From Lepidodermella squamata (lineage: Eukaryota; Animalia; Gastrotricha), in NCBI GenBank assembly GCA_047495785.1, contig JBLDXI010000032.1, positions 930,001 through 994,000 on the forward strand: a stretch of DNA of 64,000 nucleotides. The letters run 5' to 3'. Positions 25,301 to 38,800 of the stretch are shown piece after piece (positions within the stretch are counted from its first letter, which is position 1; each line of letters starts with the position of its first letter). Made by a program: the position numbers and the translations under genes. Under the pieces are notes generated by a model. That model saw only the letters and a list, made by a program, of their open reading frames with translations, was not told where the DNA came from and did not search any database.

Positions 25301-26222
25301 ACCACCCTAAACAATGCCCTGAACTTTGACCTCGAAAGCATCGGACATTTTTAGAGCTTTCTGGCTATTTTTTAGGGTTTTTTACCGACATTGTTCAGGG
25401 ATTCAGGGAAATTCCAAATTGATGGCAGAAATACCCCGAAAATAAATTATGAATTTTCGTTCGGGACATCATTTTTAGGGGGTGCAAATGTTTATTATTT
25501 ACATTTATTTTTCATTAGGAAAAAATTCGGGTTTATGAGCTGATTACAGTATGATGTATTAGCCGAGGATCCCTCTGAAACATATATTAGTTTTAAAGTT
25601 GCTATTTAGGTAAAAATAGTTTATGATAAACCCTTTGGCCTTTGCTTCCTAGTGATTTTAGCCGCAATTACTTAAATTTTCAAGGTCTAAGAATGATGAC
25701 ATTTGGCATAAACGATTTCGACTGCTCGAAAACAGCCAACCGTGTGATTTGCATGGGCAACGTGAGTTCTTTCATTGCAGCACAATCCTAGCGTAAGCAA
25801 TAACGTCTCGATCATCCAGAGCTTGGAAGATTATGAAATATTGAATCAGGCTGCCACATGGTCTCAGGCCACAAGCCTATGCCAGGGGAAAAACAAGACG
25901 CTACCTGTCGTTCGAGATCAAGAAACGTACAACCTGTTGAAGAGTCAACTGCCATCCCAAGATGATACGTTTTGGATCAACGCTAAGCTAAACAATTTAG
26001 ACGAGAAGACGTGGATAACAGGCGCCGCCTTCGACAACTCGTTAATCAGCATCGTATTGGGCAGTGGTTCGATTGAAACTCGAAACTGTAAGTTGTCTCG
26101 CGTATCAGTATGTGACATGCGAATTGTTCCGCTATTTCGTCCCAGGTTTTGTGCTAGTCGATCAAGTTCTGCAGCAGCGTCCGTGCTCTTTCAACACTTT
26201 TGGCATATGCGAGCGAATTTGA
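19365..26222 (+). CDS. Secreted ~500-aa protein: five tandem 4-Cys modules plus two C-type lectin-like domains
   Basis: 12 phase-consistent exons: 19365-19520, 19578-19619, 19673-19759, 19811-19888, 19944-20039, 20094-20148, 20215-20381, 24468-24536, 24593-24923, 25685-25761, 25820-26087, 26146-26222 (1503 nt). Intron 1 has a GC donor. Signal peptide MDTIVKVAFVAAAMMIGATNA. CTLD1: AC..NG.RLV, AFIGL, INDFDC..VIC. CTLD2: TWSQA..LC, FWINA, C...PC..GICE. Confidence 0.85.
20473..20638. repeat. ~165-bp foldback (palindromic MITE-like) element
   Basis: Arms built from gactatttacacccactaaagggtgtc-type units, inverted about ccctttt/cggg at ~20555. Confidence 0.8.
20994..21607. mobile_element. MITE nested inside the 20683-22141 element
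   Basis: Perfect 17-bp TIR AGGACAAGGGGCGTTAA / TTAACGCCCCTTGTCCT. Confidence 0.75.
21649..22075. mobile_element. MITE with subterminal tandem repeats
   Basis: GGGTCAA...TTGACCC termini. Inverted arrays of ctattcgtacatag / ctatgtacgaatag at ~21705-21750 and ~21990-22068. Confidence 0.6.
22154..22727 (-). mobile_element. Truncated inverted copy of the 17808-18727 element
   Basis: Reverse complement of ~18176-18727 (gagcaccccgccctaatttcggccgc...tcgaaccctcgaaaaccc). Confidence 0.85.
23365..24342. mobile_element. Foldback CATAGAC-family element (~400-bp TIRs, 8-bp TSD) inserted in a relative's TIR
   Basis: CATAGAC...GTCTATG termini, exact TSD GTCTATAC (23357-23364, 24343-24350), arms ~23365-23765 vs ~23945-24342. 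The host at ~23180-23364 plus 24343-24369 is an older copy of the same right arm. Confidence 0.9.
25305..25470. repeat. Dispersed repeat also present at ~57020-57210
   Basis: aaacaatgccctgaactttgacctc...tttagagctttctggc matches 57030-57095 inverted, while aaattgatggcagaaata...tgaattttcgttcggga matches 57155-57207 direct. Confidence 0.65.
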
Positions 26223-26826
26223 GCAGATTAACAAGCCGCCACTGAAATGAATCATCCTTTATGACAGCTGTTAAATGATATTATTTATTATCAACCCAGT
26301 CCTGGTCGGATTATTGCAGTACTTTAGCATCATTACACATGTTGCGTAGAAATAATGTAAAATACTGGAACAAGCACGTGACAAAATAAAAACAAAGCCG
26401 TTCTCACATGGTTCGTTATTTTTTGCTTGAATGGAAATACGGACTCCATTTCAGAATTTGACAATCAAAGCAAAGATTTCGAATGTCTTTGAACTTGAAT
26501 TCCTCCTCAACCCTGGCGAATATAGAGACTGTTCGAAATGCAGAAGATAGCCCCGAGTCTTGTCTTTCAAATGACACCCGAAACATTAAAAACGGATGAG
26601 TATGCGAAGAATGGCCCAACTTCTTCGTAGCCATGTTCCGCGACCCAAAATCACTAACTTTTCACAAAGTATGTATTTTTGCTGGAGAGAAGCGGAAAAG
26701 ATAGAGCACCGTCGATTTAGTAATGCTGTTATGTTCAAACCAATATTTAACGAAAATTTTGATCAGGAAATGCTAGAATTAGAAAACAAATTTTGTCGCG
26801 GGTATTTCGGACAGCTTCAAACTAGG

Positions 26827-27823
26827 ATGGGTGTGATCGAAGCAAGCAGTTTAGCATCGGTTTAACTATAAGTTAACTACTAGTTAAACCTAACCTAAAC
26901 GCAACTTAACCATAAGCTTAACCGATAACCTGTGATCGAAGATTTTAGTTACGTTAACTACTAGTTAATATATGTTTAGGTTTAACTACCAACATGTCAC
27001 GTTCCGCCTCACGATTCGTGAATGACATCAGTTTTATTGGAAGGTAGAATTCTTTGCATTTACTAGCTTTCTAATTAAATTGATTGTTTTGATTATGCTC
27101 GCGGCAATTTTCAAATTTAAAAGTAGCGCATTTCTCGGTTTAAACCAGTTTCAATGCAAGTGGCAAGTGGGTACTTGAGAAGGTGGCCCAGCTTGCAACT
27201 TATTGCAACTTGCAACGAAAACCAACCCAGCTGAAATTGGAACTAAAAGCCATGCCTAGCAGCCAATAATGGTAACATGGCGCATTCAAAATTCAATGAT
27301 ATTGGAAATTGGAAATACACGATAGATAGATAACTATGACGCTGTAAGTTATCAGATACTTACACAAATTGATCTCCAAGACAATGGCCAGGCTGTTTCG
27401 GAAATGTATCCTGAATGTCTCAAGACCTTATTGACAATGAAAATTGACAATTGACAATGAAATAGTGAATAGTTGGTATATTAGTTCCCTTTAGATCACT
27501 TATCAGCCAGGCTGATTTTACAACTTTTTTCTTGTGGCTGATTTTATAGCCATTTCAGTCATATTAGGCTGATTTTATCAAAATTCAGCCGGATTCCTAG
27601 CTGAATTTAGTCTGGGGAGGCTGATTTTTAGCTGAAAATAGTTAACTAGAAGTTGAACCAACTACTTCGTTGGTTTAGAAATAGAGGTTTAATCTAATCC
27701 TAAACTCAAGTTAACTAGTAGTTAACTAGTAGTTAACGTTCGATCACATGGCATTTGGTTAACTTATCGTAAACTTTTAGTTAACTAGAGTTTAGCTGCT
27801 AGTTATTTTTCGATCACACCCAT
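26827..27823. mobile_element. ~1-kb non-autonomous TIR element with GTTAAC/ACTAGT-rich subtermini
   Basis: Perfect TIR ATGGGTGTGATCGAA / TTCGATCACACCCAT. The flanks read as TSD CTAGG, or as TAG if the TIR is 1 bp longer. It sits inside another short TIR element (gggtatttcggacagct 26800 / agctgtccgaaattagccc 28071). Confidence 0.8.
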
Positions 27824-28239
27824 CTAGGTACGGTTCAAAAAGATGCCAATTGACCTTGACATTTTTTAACTCCATATCGCAGTGAGAATCGACAATAGCA
27901 CTAAGCTGCGTTGGGAGGAGCACAATTCACTATCGATGGTTCGAATCCCTCATCATGCATTTTGTTTTTTTTTAGGTTTTCTTCTTTAAATCTGCTCACA
28001 AATTTTATCTCGCTTTTATGTGAACTTTGACCCAATCTGAATATTCACACTGAGCTGTCCGAAATTAGCCCAGTCAATTACCTGTGAATACCTGTATAAG
28101 TTTAGGTATATTTTTACCGCAACATTAGAATATGCTGTTTTTCAAGGCGCATCTTTTGGCGCAAATCGCGTAAAAAAAGTTCACCTCGAAAAACGAAGCC
28201 CGAAAAACACTTTTATGTCTGAAATAAGACCAGCGTACG

Positions 28240-28475
28240 GTATAATATTATAACGTTAATTACAATAGCGAATGAATTATTATTATTATTATTGTTGTTA
28301 TTGTGGACGAAATTCGGTCTAACCGAAGTGATGATGATGGCTTATATAATGAAAGAATGAGAATCGCAAATAAAAATTGACTCAATTTTTGCTATGATTT
28401 GTTGTGTTAAAATGTGTTCAGGAAGCAGTCGCACATTTTTGTTGACGGAGGTGATTTAGCGGCGAGGCTAATAAA
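28240..28475 (+). repeat. ~236-bp direct repeat, copy 2
   Basis: Matches 17458-17690. Confidence 0.95.
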
Positions 28476-31400
28476 AATATTATCGGCGACCTGATAACAA
28501 CAAGGTGGGGTGAAAAATAATAATAACAATACATATATAGGTACCGGTCTCGCCTCGTTGAAGTCTGAATAGCAAACAAAAACAAAAGCGAGGGCTGGAG
28601 GGAAAATTTTACGTTTTTCGCTGATAGCTGATATTATCAGCTTAATACTTGGCCAATTTTGCGGGGTGTAGCGCGCGGTATTTACGCATGGGTTGGCCGC
28701 AAAATAGTTGACCATTATTAATACTATATTGCATTAGAAGACACAGGAAAATTCCACGACGCATCCGCCGCCCGGCTCGCTTTGTCACATCTTTTTAGTC
28801 GAGTCACGTTCTTGGACTTTACTCGAAGCAAATAACCTGCGCGCGCCAACACTTTAACTGGTACTAATCAGAGGCGCGGCGCTGTAGTAGGATGTAATAA
28901 ATGTATTAAGGTGGACAGATAGTGGCGGTTGTTATTATCGACGACGACGACGACGCATCTTCGCGCTGTCGCATTTGCATGATAAGCAGATGATAACAAA
29001 AGGTCAACATATCCGCAGCGTGCGCGTTATGCAAGCGGGAATGGGCGTTGCTGCAGGAGTCAAAAGCGCACTAAAAACCTGAACACAGGTAATAGTAACG
29101 GCATTCCGTATGCAAAACTATAGTATTACGAGGCATTATGCCGTGATCGCGAGCCATTGTTACCTATTTTTATAACGGCATAGTGCCGCCGGCGGCGAAA
29201 CACTCCCTGTTCTTTTAGAGACGCCGGCGTTGGAAATATATGTGCTATATTTCACTGGTTTCTTTGTGGTGATGAATCACACGCTCGTCGGCACGGCTCA
29301 AACGGCCCTTCGACAAAATCGCCGTGTGCGTCTGGGGCACGTGCGATTTTATTACTAGCATTATTGCTCAGTGACCTCTCACACACACTAAAATTTTAGC
29401 CCCTTTTATCATAGATACCTACTACAACTACTGCTGTACGCACTAAGCTTAAATTTTAGCTCTCCAGACGGCGCTGCTACAGAGCCACATTAATTAATGC
29501 ATTGTATTTCATCCGCGTGTGCAGCTCTAGCTATTCATTTCACAATTATAACCGTTGTTCAATTTTGGTGTCGACAATTTAGACCTGTTCATCATCAACG
29601 CAAATACGGCGTATATAGGCGACCTGTACCTCAAAATGGCCCCTGCGTCATCTGATAGTGCCCTTAGAAGGTAAACGTTTGTTACATTCCTAAACTGCTC
29701 TCTTCAATTTTGTATATGAACAATTATTTGGCCATCACCCGTCGACCGGAACCTGCTTAATTGAAATTGCTACTTTTACTTGAAGTAGTAAAATTGACAC
29801 AGGTGTTGCGGTCACCAAGTCCACTAGAATACTTATCTATGATGATAGCACTGAAAATGATATTCTTTTCTAATTAATTTTCCTCTCCTAGAAATTATCT
29901 TCAAGTAATTGCTTATTGAGCACATTTTTTAGAATTTTATTGCGATTTTGCACTCGCATAAAATGGACTTGGAATTTTTCACTTCAAGGTCTAAATATTT
30001 ATTTCCAATTAAATCAATCCGCCCTGAAATTGCTCTTTCTCACTAGCAATTTATTATTTATTTATTTATTTTTATTTGGGCGTTGCGAAGCAATTTTGAC
30101 ACCTTCTCATATGGTGACACGAAATTATTTTTCAAAATTTTACCTACCTGTCCGTGTTGAGGTGAAAAAAAGCAAACACGCGCGTGACAAAATGAAATAT
30201 TTTCCATAAAAATTTCTATTTACCTGCGTCGTGATATAATTACACTGTGACTCGCGCGCGTTTTTTCTCGTTTAGAAATAATTTTTATTTACCTGTAATT
30301 TTAGTAAAAAAAATCGTCAGGTACAGGAACCGAGTGGTGACGGCTAATAATGAGCAACATTTAACACCTCACCGTATCATAATCACAATCGCTTTTTTTT
30401 ATAATGTTTTTTCCACCACTACATACCACGCGTGAAGCAGGTTTAGGCACTTATTTTTACACCGGCGGCGTACTGAAATTTTTTATTAAGGTGGCGAAAA
30501 TATTGAAATATACCTATACGGCGACTACCTGTGACTAACAGGTGCAGTCGAGTGGCTTTCCGTATTATTACGTCGACACGCAGCTGAGGTCATTTAAATA
30601 TTAGTTCGGCCATATGATATGTCTACTTGGTTTTATTCCGAAGACCAGGCGGGCGCGGTGTTGTTCCGCTCGACTGCCTCTCAAGCCCGTCACGCCTTCT
30701 AATAATAGGCACTTAGCTTTGCTACGCATCTGCCAGCGGTCAACACTTGACATTTGTTCAAGGTGTTGCCTTAAAGTGCCTGTTTTTTTTCTTCATTATA
30801 TGCATGTATTGCCAATATTATATACCCGGTCGCCCTTTTTTATCCCCATTTTCGCGGCCAGTGCTTTACCTGACTGGCAAATAACAATAGTAATAAGGAT
30901 ATGATAATATATCGATAAAAGCCGGCCGGGTTTTACCGAGTGATGATACACCTAGACGGGGCTATAAGTGGCGCGCAAAAAGGTCGGACTTTGCGCACTC
31001 TCGACTCGCAATAAAACGCAGATGATTGCACTATTGTTATCAGGGCAGCGCGACAACAATAACAACAACAACATCGGCTAAAAGCATTAGCTCAGCAATA
31101 AGGCGGGAAGTATCTAGAAAGGAATGTTTAGACCTTGTAGCCATTTTTTTGTTGGAAATTTTCTGGGTTTTACTTATCTTTTTTTGTCTAATCTCGTTTT
31201 TCAAAATTAATTCGTGGCTGGAATGCACCAGGTATTGTAAAATTGAATTTTTGTTTACGATTACTATAAGCTTTTACGTAGATTAAAAAATCTACCTTAA
31301 TTTTTTTTCAATTCTCACGCTTCGGGCGTCAAGTAGCGAGACCTGTCCCAATATGTTTATTATTTTACAGTAAACATGAAAATACTTGAGCATCGACGGG

Positions 31401-34400
31401 AAAATTTTTCATTTTCTACTACTACCTGCAAAGAGCGCGTGAGTCGCCGAATAGACGCCGCAAAATTGCGATGATGGTGCGCGAGCGCGCGCGCAAAAAG
31501 CAGGCGGAAAAACAAGCCGCCGGCGCAGAGCAGTAGCTTATTTCGGCACGAACGAACAATAATCAACAATATTACTAATAATGAGTTTTTGTTGTTTATT
31601 TTTTTAAGGCAACCTTAGAATTTTCCGCAATTCCTTATCTCAATTTTTTCGCTATTCAACGGAATTAATTATATTTTTTTATCATCACTGGCGGTGCGGA
31701 ACTGTCTTTTGTTGCGGCAGGTGTTCATCCGGAACTGAGAGCAGCGGCTCGTTTGAGTGACCGCAATTAAAGTGACAACGGCTTTCCGACTTGCCTGTGA
31801 AGTTTGGCACGCTCGAGTGAGGCGCAAGTAAATACTCTAGTGCCATTTAGCCAAATATTTAACTCTCCCACCCACCCGCGATACCATTCATCCTGCTGGC
31901 AACTTTCGCGCCTATTCCCGCACTCGCGGTTTAATTGCTCGTATCATTTTTTTGCGCGGTTTTTTTTCTGTGTGTACGCGCGCGCGAAATCTTTGCGTCA
32001 CCTTACACGCGACTGCTATGGGCTCCGCCGTGCTTAGTAATTATTTATTAGTACTTCCTGGCACCTTTAAGCTTTGATAATAATAATAATAAATGATGCA
32101 GAGCTGTGTAGCTAAAATAAATAAAAACAGCTTCCGTATAATATCTCAGCTACTAGTTCGAACCTGAGCCGGGGCAGGTACTTTCTTGATATATTCTATC
32201 GTTTACAGGCATCTACTGATATAAACCCGTAAATAGGATTATTCCTCATCGCGACAATGCGCACTCTAATAGTTTTAAACCGTCAAGATTGCGTGTTTGT
32301 TGTGTGCCAGTAATCATCTTATCTTCACGTATTTTTTCTTATTTTACCTAACCGGTTGAATGCGTTCTGACGCACGAGCCGCAAATTTTCTGCGTCATTC
32401 TGAACTCCAAAATATATTTTTTATTTTTTGCCATGTTTAGGGATTTTATCCAAAAAGCTTTTTATTTACCTGTGAAAAGCTGGTACTAATTATGCAGCTA
32501 ATTAAATAAAAATATGGCCAGGTGTGATTTTAATGTTGTTGTGACAAGTTTTTGCGCTAAGCCAGAAAAATCTCAGTCAACAATGCGCTAAGCCACAACA
32601 ATGACAAAAATCTATAATTATTCATTACCTATGCATTTAGGCGAGCAAATTTTCGACGACAATCAGCAAAATAATGATAATCTTCTTCTATGGTTGCGTT
32701 TAATTTACTACGAATTATAGTAGTATAGAGCCACCGCCATTATCAATTGGCGTTGGCTTTGTTTGATTTGTTAAAACAAGCCACTTTGAAGTCGATGCGC
32801 GCGCGGCTTTTGACTTCTTTTTCCACCTGTTTTGTCTAGTTGAATGGAACCCAAGTTTAGAGGTACTAATTTATTTATTTTTATTTATTTATTTTATTAT
32901 CATTCTAGTTATCAAGCTAGATTAGCCGCGCGTGTGTTTTATACCTCGATGGCCGTCTATTGTTGTGTTTTGCGAGTGCAAATATTAGCGTCAATATCAT
33001 GTTGTATCTGTAGATCGGAACATTTTTAGGCCCACAATTGTACAGTATTGTTTACCCCAATTAATGTTGGTAATAATTTTAATTTTACCTTTTCGCCGCA
33101 TGTGTGTGTGTGTAGACTTTTTTATTTACCTGCGCGTTAATTATTGCATTAAGGCGGCTAATAAATGTTTGCTCTAGATTATTATAATACACGCAGCGCA
33201 GTACCTGTTGGCGTAAAAATAACGCACGCGTCGCATGTCGCGCGCGCGCGCTTTCTGTGAAGCTAACTTGAACGTCTATCTTGTTTTTACTAAACTATTA
33301 TATATTATAAGATAATATTATCATCAGCAGCCGCTGCCTATATGCGCATTTTTCGCGCGCAGTAGGTATAAGCAAGTAGCGTCGGTTTCATTTACCACCG
33401 CTGTGTTTGAAGTTTAAAAATATTCCTTATTGGCGAAATTCGAATTTTGTAATTATAATTCTTTTTTCATTAAATTTTAAGCAAACAATGAATTTAATAA
33501 TTGTATATGTATGCGATAAGTGGCCGCCCCCGCCCCGCCTTTGTTTGAAGGTATAATTTTTAATAATCATAATTTCATCGCGCGCATGAAAAGAACAAAA
33601 ATTTGTCGGTGACAATAAGTGACAGCGTGATGAAACCGGCTTTTAAGCACGTGCGAGTCGCGAAAAATTGGTAGCGCCGCCTTTTTCTGCCGCCGCCGTG
33701 TTTTGTTGATGATGAGCGCCTCTTTTGTGGACACCTTTTTACGACAGATCCCGCTCGCGCGCGTGAGCGAGCAATAAATAATAAAAAGCAGGCGGAGCAG
33801 TGGTAATAAACAACAAATTTAGTATATAAGCGCGCTGCCTCTTGAGGGATCGCGTTGCTCCTGTTTTGAGGCGAAAAACTTTTTCTGCGTAATTATTATT
33901 ATATTGATACTGCAATTTTCTGTTCGTTTATTATTTGTTTATTATAGCTCCCACTTGTGCGATATATACTTATATATACACCTATATAGCTCTAACCAAA
34001 ACGATAATGATTGTAAATTAAGGAGGCTGTTTTAATAAATGCTAGGTGACAACCCAGAGTGACAACGCTGTTCTTGAGCTGCGCGTCAAATAGATCGCAC
34101 TCGATGTCGTAATATATTATGCTATATTTTTAGCCTTTTTAACGCGCCGATGATGACGCCTGGCCTGAGTAAACTCACAAGTCAAGAGCGAACAACGCGT
34201 TCGTTCGGTTTTCAAGAGCCGGCTAATGTGAGTCATCAACATCAACATCAACAACACAGCTCCTGTGCGTCCAACTTCCCACGCCTTTTTACAACCGCTC
34301 GCACGCGCGCGTCCCTATTTTATAGTAGGTATTTATACGAATTTAATAGCCGATGAATCACGGCCTAGAGTCAAAGTTCATGGTTCAGCGCGCACAGGTG

Positions 34401-35100
34401 GCGCTTTGTAGTTTTTGGCCAAGCACACGCATTCCGGCAGCAGTTTTTCACGGCTAATTGCACCACGGCCGAATATATCAAATTTCAGGCCGGGCTCAGC
34501 ATGTGCAGACGTCATTCTAGAGCTGTATATTTCTGGCGCGTTGTTGTATACTGCAAGGCCATATTTCATTTGCAGTACATTTTTTTGCGATCGAAGCGTG
34601 ACTGTGGTAAATAATCTGTTTTATACTAATTTCTTTGTCCCTATTCCCTATAATATAATATAACTAGTCTGCACCGCTTTTTAGTAGCTGGAAAGCTGTT
34701 TTCCGGTTTTTTTATGCCTCTATCAGCTGAACTTTTCGGACCGGACACGCAAAATTGCTAGCACCATACATACATATCGGTCAGTTTCCGTGAAAAATCG
34801 ACTGGTGCTGGGCAGTATAAATAATTATTCATTATTTATGCGTATTTTTTTTACATCTTCAGGTTTTAGGTTCACTTTATTGACAGTACAGATTTTCGTT
34901 CATTCAAATCGACATCAGCATTATCGGGAAGGGAACTAAACTAACAACTGGTCTTAGCTGGAAATTTTAGCTAATTCAGAAATATTATTGCTAAATTTCA
35001 ATTTATTTTTATTCAATTTTGAAAATTGGGGATGATCAAATTAATTAGGGACCACAAAAATTCTGTTTTCAGAAAAATCTTTTATTAAGGTAGATTTTCA
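28476..35100. promoter_or_regulatory. Long transposon-poor non-coding region upstream of the USP53/54-like gene (enhancers and/or 5'-UTR introns)
   Basis: No credible ORFs or TIR elements. Dense TACCTG/CACCTG/CAGGT(A/G), CGCG and TTATTA motifs. The same composition continues in intron 36119-40520. Confidence 0.5.
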
Positions 35101-35168
35101 GAATGGTTGCCCATATTTGTGCATAATTATGTGGTATTTTCTCCCATTTTTAAATAAGTTTTTCAAAA

Positions 35169-35258
35169 CTAACCCTAACCCCAATCCTAACCCTAACCCT
35201 AACCCTAACCCTAACCCTAACCCTAACCTTAACCTTAACCCTAACCCTAACCCTAACC
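35169..35258 (+). repeat. Interstitial telomeric array, ~15 x CCCTAA, inside a short inverted-repeat element (~35101-35361)
   Basis: (ctaacc)n with a few variants, flanked by inverted gt(g/a)cataattatgt(g/a)gtat at ~35119-35140 and ~35331-35353. Confidence 0.9.
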
Positions 35259-35839
35259 AGAAAACCTAAAGAAATTAGTGAAAAAATTGTTAAACTTATT
35301 AATGTTAAACTTTACATTCAAAAAATGTTAAAATATACTACATAATTATGTACCAACATTCTTCATTTTAGAATTTATTGTTTAGTTTTTGGCAAAAATC
35401 CCAATTTTGAAAATCGACCAAATTTTGTGGGATTTTCTCCTGAATTTGAAACTGCTGCCACCCCTTCCGAAAATATTCGCAAATTTTGAGCTAAACCAAA
35501 AATTTGATCGAGGGAACTTCTTCAACTTAATTTTTCAAATTAATTTATCAATTTTATTTTTAATTTTATTCCGGAACGTTTTTGTCAGAAGAGATGCTAA
35601 TGTGACTATTAGTTCTCGCATTGATACCATGACTTTACCTAACGATGATTTTTCTCAGTATAATTTTGATATTTATTCTAAATTTATTAAAATTTCTTAT
35701 TTTGTCACAAATAGATGCTTATTAAATTTAATATATTACGAAATTTTATCCGCTTAATATATTCGTGATTCGAAATATATTCGAAACCTGCATAATCAAT
35801 TCAACAACAGCCATCGCCTGCGGAAAATTTTAATTGCAA

Positions 35840-38800
35840 ATGTTAGCTAATTCCGGCAACCGGCCATCAGCGGCAGCACCCGTGCCGCAGTTTATCACGC
35901 GATTGCCGCCTGCGCCGTCGTCGTCGCAGATGATCAGCAGCAAAATAAACCCAGCCACGTCGGCGCCAACTGCCGTCGTTGCGAACCACTACGTGCAAAG
36001 CCGGCAGCCTTACCGGCCACACCTGGATCAAGACGCCGATGGACAATCTGTTCTCGACTATTCTGGGCTCAGCAACGGTGTTGCGGAGAACAATTGCTTC
36101 TTAAACGCAGTTATACAGGTACGTGACAATTTATTGGCACCGCAGCACATAGGCATTTATCACGTATCACGGGTGGATCTATATATAAATATTTATTTAT
36201 TTATTTACCTAGGAAATAAACGTGACTTGAGCGCGCAAAAATGTACCCACTTAAGATGCCGCGGGTCAAGTTGCGAAATAGCATAACGCGATGTGTTAAT
36301 ATTGTTAAATATTGCTGTTGTTGTTACTACAACTACCTGTTTCACCCGCGAGTTGTTGTTGTTAGAGGCTTCGGAGCAGCAACAACAAGGATGCGCGTAT
36401 ATATCATAAACACGCCCTGAGATAGGGTGACACATACAAAAATTGTGCGTATGTGGCGTCGTTTTGCGCGCACAGCGTGAGCGCGACGCTTTGATGAGCA
36501 CACTTGACCACATGTAGGTAATAATAATTTAGCTAGATGACAAGGGACGCTATCATCACTATTATCACCGGTGCAACAATCAGCGTTATTCTCTCGCTGA
36601 TAGCTATGGGAAGATCTATTACTATAACACTAAAAGCTTCCCACTTCTAGGTGAAAATTTATCTCTCTCAAGTTTTTCGCATCTTCGAGTATAATTGCGT
36701 TATAATAACCGCATCGTTATCTCACCATTATTCCACCTGTAAACAACTTGGAGGCAAGACGCGGAACAGATCTCGCTATAATTTCGCGCAGGAAAAAATA
36801 TTTTCAGTGCGATCGCTTGATCAGCGAAAAACAAAGCAATTATTTTGTTTACGCGGCGTTATCTTTGTTTCCGTTTCATCATCGACGCCTGGTTTCGATT
36901 TAACGGTCAATTACTTTGTTTTCCTATTTATATATATAGCCCCGCATTTTTCAACTCTATCGAAACGCTGATCTTCTATATTAAAGCCGTGCTTTATTAT
37001 CTATAAACAATGGTCATAATTATTTTGCAATTTCAAGGCCATTGTTGTGATATGCGGAAGATAATAATTTGGCCAATAATATTTTTCTAGATTATTTTTT
37101 ACCCCTAATTGTTATTTGCTTTGCGTTATTTTATGGTGTGCGCAAGCGCGGATAAATTGAAAATAATTACTCACGCGCGTTCGCAGTAAGAAGAAAAAAA
37201 CGCGCAAATCTCGCGCCGCTGTTCCCACACGAGCGTTGAAAATATATTATCATTATTATCATAATAACATCTGATATTTTATTGAAAACATGTATCATTA
37301 TATGCTCGGGTATACTTTTGAATACTTGCAACGGCAGCCGTTTTAAAGCAGTCGCGCGAAAAAAAGACGAAATTCTGCCGCTGAAAAACGTCAAAGCAAG
37401 TGTAGTAGTTGGTATATCTTTTTGAGTAGCGCTCGCCTTCGCTTGGCTATAATTTTTATTATAACTATAGGTATTATTAATATTATACCCGGCTCGGCGT
37501 AATGAAACGGTCGCGCGCGCGCATATTTTTCGCCACGAGCGCGATAAATTGTTTACCTGAGCGCGACGCGAGCGCTCATTTTCCACAGTTTTTGAAACTC
37601 ACTTTTCGCGGTCCTTGGCTACTTACTGCAATTCTTAGTCTTTCATTCTAGGCCGAAAAGTTTTATAATATAGCCGGCCAAAATATTATATTCGCCTCGA
37701 ATAAGTCTTCTTTTTACGATTATTTTAGATTTTTATTGCCTTTCGTTTTCGCGAAAATATATGTAATCATCATAAACACGTTTCGCATGTTTCCTGTTCG
37801 TAGCGAAATTTATGCGCCGTCTTGAGAATTTTCTCTGATTTTCCCTCCATCCATATTATCGCCGCCTTTTGACGATCGTTTTATAATTAGCTTCACATGC
37901 TAATAATGTTTTGTCCTATTTTCAGAACAAAACATCATCATCGTAAAATTGAAATTCTCTTCGTTTTCCTGTGGGGAAAACAATCACGATGTGTGTGTAT
38001 GTTGTGGGACCGGAAAATTGTTTTCTATTTTTGACAATATTACGCCGGCAAAACAAAAATTAGTTCGCCTTTTGTAAATAATTTGTTTCATAATTTGGTT
38101 GTTTTTTTCTCGCACCGTGACGGTCACTGGACACGGCCTCAAAATAAACAACACACCTTGAAAAACAACCTTTTTTCTCTTTCTGGCGAGAAAGTAGCAA
38201 TTTTGCATATATCTTGTTATTGCGAATGATTATAGCTCATCGGCTATTGTTACCCAATTAACTCGTTAACCGCTGAATTCAACCGTAACAGCGTTGTTTA
38301 TGACTCGGGATTACACCTGGCTTAACAGGCGCTTCTCGTGACACACAAGGCTTGGGTTGTAAATGTAGCGTCTTGGCGTTGCGCAATCCTAATAATCGTG
38401 TCCTACCCGCTACCTTAATAATAATAATAATAATTACGCTCATTAGAGGAAGATATTATTGCATTGTACAGCACGCAAACGTGTCACACTCGTTCATTTC
38501 CGGTTTCTTACAAGAGAGAGGAAGAAGAACACCTGAAACGACGATTTTTCCCAGCAGGGGACTTTTGTGTGTTCATTTATTTGTCAATTTGCGTGTTTGC
38601 CTTATCGCGATTACGTAAAAAGCTTGTGCCAATTTGACGCGGCAGCAACATGCCGTACTCGAATTTTGACACTGATTAAACAGTGACAGGGTGTTGCCAA
38701 GTAATCGTAGCAGTAGTAGATGAGGAAAATGCTCGCCCGCTCTCGCTCGCTCGTCCGCACTGTCAATCCGCCTTAATGCACTGCTCAGACTCCTTATTAT

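Noticed and set aside
17458-28475. LTR retrotransposon defined by the 235-bp direct repeats
   Set aside because: No TG…CA ends, PBS/PPT or gag/pol remnants; the interior is a spliced host-type gene plus MITEs.
35169-35258. Telomeric tracts (also 57543-58690) as a true chromosome end or fusion point
   Set aside because: They are short, single-orientation and embedded in element-like flanks with continuous genes on both sides; there is no head-to-head TTAGGG/CCCTAA junction.
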